A stretch of DNA of 64,000 nucleotides from an uncultured Ignavibacteria bacterium (GCA_963701735.1 CAVPBI010000019.1:948-64947), one strand, 5' to 3'; shown: positions 1-10,238, numbered from the stretch's first letter. Translations and numbers: made by a program. Notes: generated from the sequence alone by a model not told the origin.

Positions 1-1
1 G

Positions 2-2167
2 CTCCGCGCTGTTGCCTCCGGTCAATGGGTACAAACCAGCGGACCCTCGGGCGCGTTCGTCCAGGCGCTCGCCATCAACGGCACGGACCTCTTCGCGGGA
101 ACGTATCGGGGAGGCGTCTTTCTTTCCACCAATGACGGGGAGAGCTGGACCGCGGTCAACCGGGGACTGTCCGACAGAGACGTGAACTGTCTATCCGTCC
201 GTGGCACGAATCTTTTTGCCGGCACCAATAGTGGCATCTTCCTCTCCGCCAATAGTGGAGCAACCTGGATCCCCGTCAATGTGGGAATGTCCAATGCGAT
301 CGTGAACTGCCTTGCCATCAGCGGGTTGGATGTCTTTGCCGGGACGTGGAACAACGGCGTCTTCCGGTCGACGGACGACGGTGCGCACTGGACAAAGGTG
401 GCGAACGGCCTGACGAACATGGACGTCCAGGCTCTTGCTGTTGTGGATACGATGCTTCTTGCCGGCACAAACAACGGTGTGTTCGTGTCCTCCAACAACG
501 GTACCGACTGGACGGAGGTCAACGATGGCCTTGCGAGCAAGGTCGTCAAATGCCTCATCGCCAGCCCCGCCCGTGACGGGACAGGTGGGACCAACCTGTT
601 CGTCGGGACGGGTGGTGGCGTCTTCGTCTCGACGGACAACGGCGCACACTGGGCCCCGGCCAGCGAAGGACTCAAGCACCGGGATGTCCAGTGCCTCGCC
701 GTTTCCCCTGACGGTGGCGGGATGGGTGGTACGAAGATCCTTGCCGGGACCCTGGGTGGGCTCTTTGTGTCTGGCGATGACGGGGGCGGTTGGACTGAAG
801 TCGCTTCGAATCTCGTGAATGCGGATGTCTATTCCATCGTGTCAAATGGCGTGAACGCCTTCGCGGGCACGTCCTGCGGGGTGTTTCTCTCGACTGATGG
901 CGCGGTCAATTGGGGTCAGGTGAATGCCGGCCTGATGGGGACAAGCCCTCTCAGTTTTGCCGTAAGTGGGACGGAACTGTTTGCGGGAATGATGTACGGC
1001 GGGGTGTTCTCTTCCACCAACAGCGGGATGACCTGGACCGGCGGCTGCACGGACATGAGGAACACCTCGGTTGTGTCGCTCGCCGTAAGTCCTGCCGGAG
1101 ACGCGGCAGGCGGGACACACCTTCTCGCCGGAACTTCAAGCGCAGGCGTCTTTCTTTCTGTGGATAGCGGGCGAACCTGGAAGGCCGTGAATGCAGGTCT
1201 GACGAATACCCGGATACTGTCGCTCGCCGTGAGTCCCGCTGCTGGCGGGACGGGTGGGACGAAGCTCTTTGCCGGCATTGCCGACAATGGAGTGTTTGTC
1301 TCGTCTGACAATGGCACGAACTGGGTGGCTTCGAACGAGGGTCTTCCCCTGGATCAGTACGGTCGATATCCCAGCGTTACATGCTTTGCCCAATCAGGCA
1401 CGACTGTCTTCGCAGGGACCAAGGGTTCCGGGGTCTTTGTGTCCACCGACAGGGGCACAACATGGGTCCAGCCGGGTTCGGGTCCGTATCCATACATCCT
1501 GTCGCTAGCGGTCAGCGGCTCGATTCTCTACGCCGGCACAAGTGGCGCCCGGGTGTTTGCGTCCACAGACAAGGGCGCGAGCTGGAGTTCGGTCAGCAAC
1601 GGACTTACCGACTTCGTGATCAGATCGCTCGTTGTCAGCGGGACGAGCCTCTTTGCGGGCACAACAGGGGGGATCTTCGTAACCAGCAACAAGGGGGCGA
1701 ACTGGACGAGAGTCAATGAGGGTCTCGTGAATGTGAATGTTCTTTCGCTCGCGGTCATAGGGATGGATCTCTTCGCGGGAACGTTCGGCGCCGGTGTGTG
1801 GCAGCGGACACTCTCGGAAATGGTCACATCGGCGCCGCCTTCCGAAGACCGGCTCCCCGAGGCATTTGAGTTGTTCCAGAACTACCCGAATCCCTTCAAC
1901 CCGAGCACGACGATCGAGTACGCGCTGCCGCAGCGTTCGTACGTGACGCTGGCCGTCTTCGATGCACTCGGGCAGCGCGTTGTGACGCTCGTTCAGGAGG
2001 AGAAAGAGGCCGGATATCATCGGGCCGTGTTTGATGCCGCCGGACTTGCCAGCGGTGTCTACCTGTACCGGCTGCAGGTCCGCACCACGGACGCTGCAAC
2101 CGGCCGCGAATCCGGGAGCGGGCCTGGAGATGTTGCGCGGACGCGGAAGCTCATCCGGGTTCGATGA
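2..2167 (+). CDS. Secreted BNR/Asp-box repeat beta-propeller protein with a T9SS C-terminal sorting domain. It is 5' partial: the frame stays open back to the window start.
   Basis: More than 12 tandem repeats of the form LFAGTxxGVFxSTDxGxxWTxVNxGL (S-x-D-x-G-x-T-W Asp-box). The C terminus reads FQNYPNPFNPSTTIEYALP...VFDALGQ...GVYLYRLQ, the T9SS CTD signature. The frame is open from nt 2, and the ORF track only lists the first Met at 182. Confidence 0.85.
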   Translation, partial: LRAVASGQWVQTSGPSGAFVQALAINGTDLFAGTYRGGVFLSTNDGESWTAVNRGLSDRDVNCLSVRGTNLFAGTNSGIFLSANSGATWIPVNVGMSNAIVNCLAISGLDVFAGTWNNGVFRSTDDGAHWTKVANGLTNMDVQALAVVDTMLLAGTNNGVFVSSNNGTDWTEVNDGLASKVVKCLIASPARDGTGGTNLFVGTGGGVFVSTDNGAHWAPASEGLKHRDVQCLAVSPDGGGMGGTKILAGTLGGLFVSGDDGGGWTEVASNLVNADVYSIVSNGVNAFAGTSCGVFLSTDGAVNWGQVNAGLMGTSPLSFAVSGTELFAGMMYGGVFSSTNSGMTWTGGCTDMRNTSVVSLAVSPAGDAAGGTHLLAGTSSAGVFLSVDSGRTWKAVNAGLTNTRILSLAVSPAAGGTGGTKLFAGIADNGVFVSSDNGTNWVASNEGLPLDQYGRYPSVTCFAQSGTTVFAGTKGSGVFVSTDRGTTWVQPGSGPYPYILSLAVSGSILYAGTSGARVFASTDKGASWSSVSNGLTDFVIRSLVVSGTSLFAGTTGGIFVTSNKGANWTRVNEGLVNVNVLSLAVIGMDLFAGTFGAGVWQRTLSEMVTSAPPSEDRLPEAFELFQNYPNPFNPSTTIEYALPQRSYVTLAVFDALGQRVVTLVQEEKEAGYHRAVFDAAGLASGVYLYRLQVRTTDAATGRESGSGPGDVARTRKLIRVR

Positions 2168-2201
2168 CTCGCTGTGGTGTGGCCGTTGTCTGTGTCGACG
2201 G

Positions 2202-2266
2202 GCCGCCCTGGCTGGACCCTGAACCGGCACCTGCGTCCTGGAGCCCACCTCGACGACCCATCGTGG
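2202..2266 (+). repeat. Conserved upstream element, copy 1 (upstream of the PLC-like T9SS gene).
   Basis: GCCGCCCTGGCTGGACCCTGAACCGGCACCTGCGTCCTGGAGCCCACCTCGACGACCCATCGTGG. Confidence 0.5.
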
Positions 2267-2386
2267 AGTGTTGTTGACAAAACCATGATAGTCTTCTTCA
2301 GTCCCGCTTGCCTGGTCGTCCGCCTCGTGCGGCCCCGGCAGTTCCGGATTTGGCTCAGAAGCCAGGATGAAAGGGAGTTGACCTCC

Positions 2387-3898
2387 ATGGCCACGTCACC
2401 GCGCGTGGTAATGCGTTTCGGGGTGGCACTTCTTCTGATTCTCCTGTCGTCCCCGCTTGCGTGGTCCCACAAGCAGCCGGTCCATCAGTACCTTGTTCGT
2501 GAAGGGTATGCCCTGCTTGTGAAAACGTACGGGACAGATATCCCGCAGCTCTCGCGGTTCATAGGGTCAGCGGGCCAATCTGCGATCGGAGACTCCGCGT
2601 GGCAACAGGGCTATGTCACGACGGGGGCATGGCGGGAGGACGAGGAGGACGTCGTCTACCATTACGATATCCTTCCCGGCTTGAACTACGCGCTCACCAG
2701 CATTACGCATTTTTGGTCTGCGGATCGCGGGGATGGCGTCGACAACATGTTCAGGCTCAGAATCGAGCAGCCGCCGCTCCCACCGATCAGCACGGATATT
2801 GGACCCTTCCCGAATGCATATGCCAAACTGAGGAAGTATGCCGAGGGCGGGTGGGTGCTGAACTATCCCCGGCTCTTCGTCTGCCGCAACACAGCGAACA
2901 ACCACTGGCTGGTGATCGCCCCACTTGTTTCGGAGGCCGGCTTCGGGGTTCCGCTGGCGTACAGCGGACTGGCCGACTTCTATTCAAGCGCAAGGCTCAC
3001 GGTGCGAGCGGACCAGCCCAATCTCTGCACAGTCCTTGATGTCACAGACGTGAAGACTATCGAGTTGAGTGATCTGTCGGAGATCGAGGTCGCTGATGAC
3101 GTCCGGAATATCGTGGCCTGGGAAGTGCTCGGGAGGATGTGTCACTTGCTGGCCGACATGAGTGTTCCTGCTCACGCGCATCTGGATGAGCATGGTCTGC
3201 TGGCGGATAGCTACGAAGACTATGTTGGCGGCGCTGGCGATCCCTACCTGGCCTGGAATGCCGACAATGTTGGTCCGGCGATTGTTCTGAACGGTCCGGC
3301 AGACGAAGTGCTTCACGCCCTGATGTACACCACGCAGGAGCAGGCCGACCATTTTGGCAGCAACGGACCCGCCAATGGGGACGGCAACGACGTCATCGGC
3401 GGGGACGCCACGGCGGCAGAGCGAGAGATCCTGAATGCCGTCGACCTGGGGTCCCTCGGCGGGCCGACCACCGATGCCGGGCCCTGGTCGGTCGGTGATC
3501 TGGACATCATCAGGGACAAGACTCTCCCGTATACGATCAGGGCGACGGCCGGACTGCTGTACTGGTTCTCTGTCTCCACCGGACTGATCTCTCCAATCGT
3601 ATCGGTCGCGCCGGGTCAGGGCCAGAATGTGCCGGCCGTGATACACCTCGCACAGAACTACCCGAACCCGTTCAATCCGGCGACGACAATCGCATACGCG
3701 GTGCCGGAGAGATCGCACGTAACGCTCACGGTGTACAATACGCTCGGTGAGAGAGTTGAGGAACTGGTGAACTGTGAGCTGGAGGCTGGCTATCATGACA
3801 TTCTGTTCGATGCCAGCGGCCTGGCGGGCGGGGTCTATCTGTACCGTCTGCAAGCGGGCGACTTCATGCAGACACGGCGATTGTTGTTCCTGAAGTAG
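2387..3898 (+). CDS. Secreted zinc-dependent phospholipase C / S1-P1 nuclease-like domain protein with a T9SS CTD.
   Basis: Signal peptide MATSPRVVMRFGVALLLILLSSPLAWS|HK. An AAGGGAG Shine-Dalgarno sits 10 nt upstream of the ATG at 2387. A mature N-terminal W/H plus the motif HLLADMSVPAHAHLDEH resembles the Zn-ligand motif HYFGDIDTPYH of PLC. The C terminus LAQNYPNPFNPATTIAYAVP...GVYLYRLQAGDFMQTRRLLFLK is a T9SS CTD. Confidence 0.7.
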   Translation: MATSPRVVMRFGVALLLILLSSPLAWSHKQPVHQYLVREGYALLVKTYGTDIPQLSRFIGSAGQSAIGDSAWQQGYVTTGAWREDEEDVVYHYDILPGLNYALTSITHFWSADRGDGVDNMFRLRIEQPPLPPISTDIGPFPNAYAKLRKYAEGGWVLNYPRLFVCRNTANNHWLVIAPLVSEAGFGVPLAYSGLADFYSSARLTVRADQPNLCTVLDVTDVKTIELSDLSEIEVADDVRNIVAWEVLGRMCHLLADMSVPAHAHLDEHGLLADSYEDYVGGAGDPYLAWNADNVGPAIVLNGPADEVLHALMYTTQEQADHFGSNGPANGDGNDVIGGDATAAEREILNAVDLGSLGGPTTDAGPWSVGDLDIIRDKTLPYTIRATAGLLYWFSVSTGLISPIVSVAPGQGQNVPAVIHLAQNYPNPFNPATTIAYAVPERSHVTLTVYNTLGERVEELVNCELEAGYHDILFDASGLAGGVYLYRLQAGDFMQTRRLLFLK

Positions 3899-3943
3899 CT
3901 GTCTTGATTCCTATAGCGCTCTGACCACTTCGAAGTGTCGGTG

Positions 3944-3995
3944 CGCCGCCGAGCGCTTCTGAGGCATCGTCTCACCCGACGACCCATCGACTCTT
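3944..3995 (+). repeat. Conserved upstream element, copy 2 (partial, core only), upstream of the 4012 T9SS gene.
   Basis: ...TCTCACCCGACGACCCATCGACTC. Confidence 0.4.
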
Positions 3996-4011
3996 CCGCA
4001 AGGAGGATACG

Positions 4012-6073
4012 ATGAAAAGCCGCGTCGTCTTCTGCGCCCTCGTTGTTGTTGCGCTCGCTCCGTGCGCGTCGGCCCAGTGGGTACCCACCGGCGGACCGGA
4101 GGGAGGCGAAATCAACTCCATTGCGACAAACGGGTCGATGATCTTCGCTGCGACATTCAATGGCGTGTTCCGTTCCACTGATGGCGGAATGACGTGGGCG
4201 CATATCAACGAAGGGTTGACCAAACCCTGGATTACCTGCTTGCGCATCAATGGCCCGAATCTCTTCGCATCCACCGCCTCGAGCGTCTTTGTCTCTTCTG
4301 ATAACGGTGATCACTGGGTGGAGGGAGGGCCGGGACTTCCTCTCTACTATTATATACGGTCGATGGCGTGTGTAGGCACGGACGTCTTCGCCGGCGTTGA
4401 CGTCGGTGGCGTCTATCGCTCCACCGACAACGGGACCAGCTGGACCGCCGCAAATGAAGGTCTCTCCGACACGAGCATCACCGCGCTCGCAGCCTTTGGA
4501 TCCTCGCTCTTCGCCGGCACACTGGACGGCCTGCATCGCTCGACAGATCTCGGCGTGACATGGGTTCGATCTGACTCAGGGCTTGCTTCGGTCACGGTCA
4601 CATCGATGGTTGCATCGGGGGAGATTCTGCTCGCAGGCGGCTCGAAAGGGGTCTACTCCTCAACTGACACCGGGAGAAGCTGGTCGGCCACGAGCGAGGG
4701 TATCGGCAACAAATGGGTGACCTCCTTGCTCGTCCTCGATACCATGGTCGTTGCCGGGACTACGGACGGCCTGTTCCTCACGACCGACCTCGGAGCGACG
4801 TGGTCTCCCTCGGATAGCGGCCTTTCGCTGGCACAGGTAGTATCCCTGGCCACAGACGGCATGAACCTGTATGCGGGCACCTTCGGGGGCATGTTTGTTT
4901 CCACCGACCGGGGTGCAAGCTGGAACTGGTCGAACAGCGGAATGATTGCCGTGGAAATCACTGCGCTGGCAATTGACGGATCCACGATATTTGCCGGATC
5001 CTTCGGAAGCGGTGTATACCGCACCACGGACGCGGGAAGCACCTGGGAGCACGTCGTCGCAGGTCTGACCAATCCACGAGTAGCCGCGCTTCTTGTTGCA
5101 GGCCAGACGCTGCTGGCCGGTACATACTACGGGGGTGTCTACCGATCAGCCGATCAGGGATCTTCGTGGTACGAAGCCAACGAGGGACTCTCACAGCGGG
5201 TTGTGACCGCGCTGGCAACCGACGGTCTGAACATCTTCGCGGGTGGTTACGGCGGAGTGTCTCTCTCCACCGACGGAGGTGTGACGTGGACGAACAGGAG
5301 CAGCGGATTGCCCGGCGAGGAGGTGAGCGCCCTTTCGGTGTACGACTCCGTCGTCTACGCGGGCACATTTGGCGCCGGGGTATTCGTGTCGACGGACAGC
5401 GGGGCATCGTGGGATACCGCGAACACGGGAATGCCGATGACATACATATACGATTTCGGTTCGATTGGGAGCAGGGTGTTCGCGGTGGGCGATGATGGGG
5501 CATTCTTCACGACAAACAGCGGTGCATCATGGAATCCCACAGCGGCCAGCCTGCCCTTCCCGTACCTGCGGTCCATGGCGATTTCCGGAACCAACCTCTT
5601 CGCAGGGGGAAGCTTCGGGCGCGTCTATGTCACAGAGGATTATGGAGCGCACTGGAAGGATGTGAGGGAAGGGGCCCCTCTCGTTGCGATCGATGCACTT
5701 GTTTCAGACGGAACAGACCTCTTCGGCGGGACCTGGTGCCATGGGGTTGTGCGGCGTCCTCTCTCCGAAATGGTCACGTCGCTCGACGAGCTGGAACCGG
5801 GTTCTCTGCCGGGAGAGCTATTCGCTGGCAAGCTACCCCAACCCTTTCAACTCGCGCACGACGATCCGGTACGCGCTTCCCAAGCGCTCCCACCTGAGGC
5901 TCGACGTATTCAACACGCTCGGGCAATGCGTGGCCACGCTCGTTCTGGGGGAGCAGGAAGCCGGGGTTCACGAGACAGCGTTTGATGCTTCCGCCTGCGC
6001 GAGCGGGGTGTACCTGTACCGGTTGAACGCTGGGGACTATGTGGAGACCAAGAGAGTCGTCCTTATTCGATAG
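4012..6073 (+). CDS. Secreted BNR/Asp-box repeat protein with a T9SS CTD. A +1 frameshift near 5790-5830 separates the body (frame 1) from the CTD (frame 2).
   Basis: AAGGAGG lies 7 nt upstream of the ATG at 4012, and the signal peptide is MKSRVVFCALVVVALAPCASA|QW. The repeats have the same architecture as 2..2167. Frame 1 runs to ...PLSEMVTSLDELEPGSLPGE and then goes out of frame. Frame 2 (5684..6073) carries the CTD: SYSLASYPNPFNSRTTIRYALP...GVYLYRLNAGDYVETKRVVLIR. Confidence 0.75.
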
Positions 6074-6205
6074 AATCAGCGACTCGTCTGCCACCAGCCC
6101 TCATGAATCCCCCGGGACTCGAGGGTCCTTGCATATCTGGGCTGTGCGGGAGTATCTTGCTGCCATACACGGAACTCTGGCGCCCGATGGCAATCCGCCC
6201 TCTGG

Positions 6206-6270
6206 GCCGCCGCCCTGGACCCTGATCTGGTGTCTCCGTTGTAGAGCCCACCCGACGACCTTCTGGCTCG
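6206..6270 (+). repeat. Conserved upstream element, copy 3 (upstream of the Ser/Thr kinase gene).
   Basis: GCCGCCGCCCTGGACCCTGATCTGGTGTCTCCGTTGTAGAGCCCACCCGACGACCTTCTGGCTCG. Confidence 0.5.
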
Positions 6271-6306
6271 TGCATCGCCGTGCCTCCACTGTGGTAAGGA
6301 ACCGCC

Positions 6307-8940
6307 GTGGCTTCCCTGGTGGGTCAGCTGGTTTCTCACTATAGGATTCTCGAGCATCTCGGGGGCGGGGGGATGGGTGTCGTGTATAAGGCCCACGACC
6401 TCCACCTCGACCGGCTCGTTGCCCTCAAGTTCCTCCCTCCGGAATTGACCAGAGACCCCGACGCAAAGGCGCGGTTCATTCATGAGGCCAAGGCCGCGTC
6501 CGCGCTCCAGCACGACAACATCTGCACCATCCACGACGTCGATGAAACCTCTGACGGCCAGCTCTTCATTTGCATGGACCTCTACTGCGGCGAGACTCTC
6601 AAGCGGAAGATCGACAGCGGGCCAGTCCCGGTTGAGGAGGCCATCGGGCTTGCCATCCAGGTAGCCCGAGGGCTCGCGAAGGCGCACGAGGCGGGGATGG
6701 TGCACCGCGATGTCAAGCCGGCGAACATCGTGGTCACGAAGGAAGGGGAGGTGAAGATCGTGGATTTCGGTCTGGCGAAACTTACACGCCAGACGAAACT
6801 CACCAGGGAAGGTTCGACACTGGGGACCGTCGCATACATGTCGCCGGAGCAGGCACGGGGAGAAACAATTGACCACCGAAGCGACATCTGGTCGCTGGGA
6901 GTAGTGCTTCATGAAATGATCACCGGTCACCTGCCGTTCAAGAGCGACTACGAGCAGGCGCTGGTCTATTCCATACTCAACGATGAGGTGCAGCCCATCA
7001 CGGGGATTGATCCGCGGCTCGATGAAGTTATCCGGAAGACACTGGAGAAGGAACCGTCGGCCCGCTACCAGCGGATGGATGAGGTTGAATCCGCTCTGCG
7101 GCAGCTGAAAAGCCTCGATGGTTCAGCCGGGCTGGAAACAGGCCTCGGCGGGAGATGGCGCGGTGTGAAAAGAGGGTGGGTTGTCCTATCGGGGATCATC
7201 CTGCTCGGAGGCATGGCTGGTGTCATGGGGTCTCTCGTTTTCTGGCCCGGTGCAAAGGAGACTCCCTCCCAGGTCAAACGACTGGTCGTGCTGCCGTTTG
7301 AGAACCTGGGTCCGGCCGAGAACGAGTATTTCACGGATGGGGTGACGGAGGAGCTGACGAGCCGGCTTTCCTCTCTGAGGAACCTGAGGGTCATTTCGCG
7401 GACCAGTGCCGTTCAGTACGCGAAAACCGGCAAACCGTTGGAACAGATCACCAGAGAACTGGGCGTCGATTACGTGCTGGAGGGGGCCGTGCGTTGGGCC
7501 CCCTCTCCGGGGGGTGGGAGCCGGGTGCGCATCAATTCCAACCTCACGCGCACGTCCGACAAGACGACGCTCTGGGCGGAGACATACGACCGCGTGATCG
7601 ATGATGTCTTCGCGCTTCAGTCGGAGATATCCCAGAAGGTAGTCGAGCGGCTTGGTGTCACGCTCCTCGCGTCGGAGCGGAAGAATGTCGAGATGCCTCC
7701 GACGCTGAATCTTGGGGCCTACCAGGCATTCCTGCGCGCGCGCTACTACAGGAGCCGGCCTCACTTCACCGCGTCGAACTGGGTGCGTGTTGTGGACGCG
7801 TACCAGCAGGCGGTGGAGCTCGATACGGGATTCGCGCTGGCCTTTGCAGAGCTCGCGTGGGCCCATGCCCGTCTTTACTATCTCTGGCACGATCATTCCC
7901 CGGGCCGCCTGGAATCGGCCACGCGCGCAGCGGAGAAGGCGCTGGCCCTCTCTCCGGAGATGCCCGGTGTCCACCTTGCGCTTGGATACTACTACCTGTA
8001 TGCGGATCGGGATCCGAAGAGAGCGCTCGATCAGTTCGCCATAGCTGAAAAGGGCATGCCTCACAGCGTAGAGATCCTCGAAGCCAAGACCGCGGTTGCA
8101 TCGGTCGATGGGCGATGGGAAGATGCGTTGGAAAGCGTGTGCGAAGCCGTTGAACTCAGTCCGCGAGACGGGTCGCTGATGGTCGATCAGGCTGAGGTGT
8201 ACTGGGTGCTCCGGCGATATGAGGAGGCTGTCAGGACTTGCGATCTGGCCATTGAGCTCGCGCCGGATGATGCCTGGCCATATCTCATGAAAACGTTCTC
8301 GCTCTGGAGCTGGAGAGGCGGAAGTGCTGAGACGCGGGCAATTCTCCAGGCCGTCCCGGTCTCTCACGACTGGGCGGCCTGGGTGTGGTACTGGCAGAGG
8401 ATGTTTGAACGAGACTATGGTGCGGCAATCGAAGGGCTTTCTACAGACTCCAGTGTGTGGATTCGCACCAAGTGCTGGGCGATGCCGAAGTCGCTCCTGT
8501 CTGGCTATGCCTATCTGCTGTCGGGGGATCGGGAGAAATCGCGAACGGCGTACGAATCTGCGCGTGGGATGCTTGAAGCCGAGGTCAGGCAATGGCCGGA
8601 TGACCCGCGGTACCACAGCTCGCTCGGGATAGCGTATGCCGCCCTGGGCCGAAGTGAAGAAGCAGTGCGAGAGGGGAGGAAAGCAGTGGAGCTTCTTCCG
8701 GTCGCAACGGACGCGTTCTACGGGATCCCGTACGTTCAGGACCTCGCCTTCGTCTACACTCTAAACGGAGACACCGAAAAAGCGGTGGACCGGCTCGCGT
8801 ATCTTCTGTCCATCCCGTCGTGGTTTTCGGCCGCATGGCTCCGCATGGATCCGGAGTGGGATCTGCTGCGGGACAAGCCCGCGTTCAAGAGACTCCTGGG
8901 GGGTACAACGCAGTCAGGGACAGGCGGACCCCGGCGTTGA
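6307..8940 (+). CDS. Ser/Thr protein kinase with a transmembrane segment, a TolB-like N-terminal-type domain and C-terminal TPR repeats.
   Basis: GTG start with an AAGGA Shine-Dalgarno. Kinase motifs GGGGMGVVYKA, HRDVKPANIVV, DFGLAK, SPEQ. A transmembrane segment GWVVLSGIILLGGMAGVMG is followed by VVLPFENLGPAENEYFTDGVTEELTSRLS...VISRTS (TolB-N-like), then TPR-like repeats. Confidence 0.9.
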   Translation: MASLVGQLVSHYRILEHLGGGGMGVVYKAHDLHLDRLVALKFLPPELTRDPDAKARFIHEAKAASALQHDNICTIHDVDETSDGQLFICMDLYCGETLKRKIDSGPVPVEEAIGLAIQVARGLAKAHEAGMVHRDVKPANIVVTKEGEVKIVDFGLAKLTRQTKLTREGSTLGTVAYMSPEQARGETIDHRSDIWSLGVVLHEMITGHLPFKSDYEQALVYSILNDEVQPITGIDPRLDEVIRKTLEKEPSARYQRMDEVESALRQLKSLDGSAGLETGLGGRWRGVKRGWVVLSGIILLGGMAGVMGSLVFWPGAKETPSQVKRLVVLPFENLGPAENEYFTDGVTEELTSRLSSLRNLRVISRTSAVQYAKTGKPLEQITRELGVDYVLEGAVRWAPSPGGGSRVRINSNLTRTSDKTTLWAETYDRVIDDVFALQSEISQKVVERLGVTLLASERKNVEMPPTLNLGAYQAFLRARYYRSRPHFTASNWVRVVDAYQQAVELDTGFALAFAELAWAHARLYYLWHDHSPGRLESATRAAEKALALSPEMPGVHLALGYYYLYADRDPKRALDQFAIAEKGMPHSVEILEAKTAVASVDGRWEDALESVCEAVELSPRDGSLMVDQAEVYWVLRRYEEAVRTCDLAIELAPDDAWPYLMKTFSLWSWRGGSAETRAILQAVPVSHDWAAWVWYWQRMFERDYGAAIEGLSTDSSVWIRTKCWAMPKSLLSGYAYLLSGDREKSRTAYESARGMLEAEVRQWPDDPRYHSSLGIAYAALGRSEEAVREGRKAVELLPVATDAFYGIPYVQDLAFVYTLNGDTEKAVDRLAYLLSIPSWFSAAWLRMDPEWDLLRDKPAFKRLLGGTTQSGTGGPRR

Positions 8941-9056
8941 CCTCCCGCCCCTGAGCGCGTATCTTGAAATCCCGATGTGGTTGACGGCGCTCTCGGGTGT
9001 GCCCGGCCCGCGTGCGTTGGGAGCAAGAAGTCGCTGGTAAATTCAGTTTGTTTCAG

Positions 9057-9093
9057 CCGTGTTCAGGGTTGCTGTTGACACCTGTGTTGACAG
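9057..9093 (+). repeat. Left-end cluster of CTGTTGACA-type direct repeats (GTGTTCAGG, CTGTTGACA, GTGTTGACAG). These are candidate integrase arm-type sites.
   Basis: Seen directly. The same 9-mer family recurs at 18148-18173 and 18548-18616. Confidence 0.55.
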
Positions 9094-9104
9094 GGAGGCC
9101 CAGA

Positions 9105-10124
9105 ATGGACACGGTAGGCTTGTGGAAACGCCGCCTGAGTAAGGCGGCGGTTTACTATGTAGGCTACAGCGACGACACTGGCAGGCGACGCTGGAAGTCG
9201 CTTGGCGTGTCAACGAAGGCTGAAGCACAGAAGCAACTGACCCGCTTCAAAGAAATTCTCTCCCAGACTGGCCGCAGGGCTAGCCCATCCCTCAGTCAAT
9301 TCAGCAAAGAGTTTGAACAGTACGCCAAGGGGACCTACGCGCCCCAGTCGTGCTACCTATTCACGTTGACGCTCCGAAGCCTCAGGGAGTGTGTTGGCGA
9401 TATAGCCCTGTCGAAGGTGACGCCCAGAGACGTTGACAAGTGGCTGACGCTCAGACTGTCGCAGGTGAAGCCAGTGTCGGCTAACGTGCAGCTTCGCACC
9501 CTTCGCAGTGCATTTTCAACCGCTCTGCGGTGGAACCTTCTTCCCACAAATCCCGCCAAAGCCGTGACCCTGCCCAGAGTGTCTGGGGAGCCTGCCTCAT
9601 TCCTGACGCGTGCAGAACTTGCTCTGCTGCTTCAACACCTACCTGCATACGTCAGGCCGATTGTCAGGCTTGGTTTCCACACAGGAATGCGTCGTGGTGA
9701 ACTGCTATCCCTCCGATGGTCGCAGGTTGATTTCTGCCGTGGCATCGTCCACGTTCATTCATCGACCACGTTCAAGGTCAAGGCTGGCAGTGATAGGGTG
9801 GTACCATTAAACAGTGAGGCCAGGGCTGTCCTGTTGGCGTTGGACCAGACACAGGAGCTAGTATTCCACCGCGATGGTCGGCCTGTATTGGGCAACCACA
9901 TCACGAAGCTATTCCGTGAGGCGGTCAGGGATGCCAAGCTGGATCACCGGCTCCACTTCCATAGTCTCCGCCATTCATTCTGTTCAAACCTTGCCGCCCA
10001 GGGTGTCAGCCTGTATCAAATCGGTGCCCTAGCCGGTCACAAATAGCCGGTAGTCACGCAAGGGTACTCCCACCTCCAGCCGGAGGATATGGGAAAGGTC
10101 GTGGAACTCCTGGCGGCGAACTAG
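9105..10124 (+). pseudogene. Tyrosine recombinase / phage-type integrase interrupted by an in-frame TAG at 10044-10046, which lies upstream of the catalytic Tyr.
   Basis: AGGGAGG lies 6 nt upstream of the ATG at 9105. HSLRHSF and ALAGHK motifs are present. After the TAG the same frame continues PVVTQGYSHLQPEDMGKVVELLAAN*, which is the conserved C-terminal box carrying the catalytic Tyr. The ORF track's upstream Met at 8997 overlaps the tRNA-derived repeat and is unlikely to be real. Confidence 0.75.
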
Positions 10125-10238
10125 GGGCAATGAAGCCGGCTGTTGCTGCATGTGGTGCAGGGCATGGGTGGGATCAAGCTGGGAATCCGATTGAAGCAGT
10201 CGGTGATGCACTTGAACAAAGTGCTGTTTGGGCTGTGC

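Noticed and set aside
7186-8616. Long antisense ORFs: 476 aa opposite the kinase gene, 921 aa at 46185..48950 opposite aceE, and 467 aa at 33594..34997 opposite ppx.
   Set aside because: These are typical high-GC antisense open frames. They have no start context and no recognisable domains, and they fully overlap strongly supported genes.
8997-9104. The upstream Met of the integrase ORF (MCPARVRWEQEVAGKFSLFQ...).
   Set aside because: That stretch is the translated tRNA-Pro-derived 22-bp repeat plus the arm sites. A far better start (AGGGAGG, 6 nt, ATG) is at 9105.
10044-10046. TAG read-through or stop-codon reassignment as an explanation for the integrase stop.
   Set aside because: TAG clearly terminates other well-conserved genes in the window (3896-3898, 14508-14510). 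A nonsense mutation or error is simpler.
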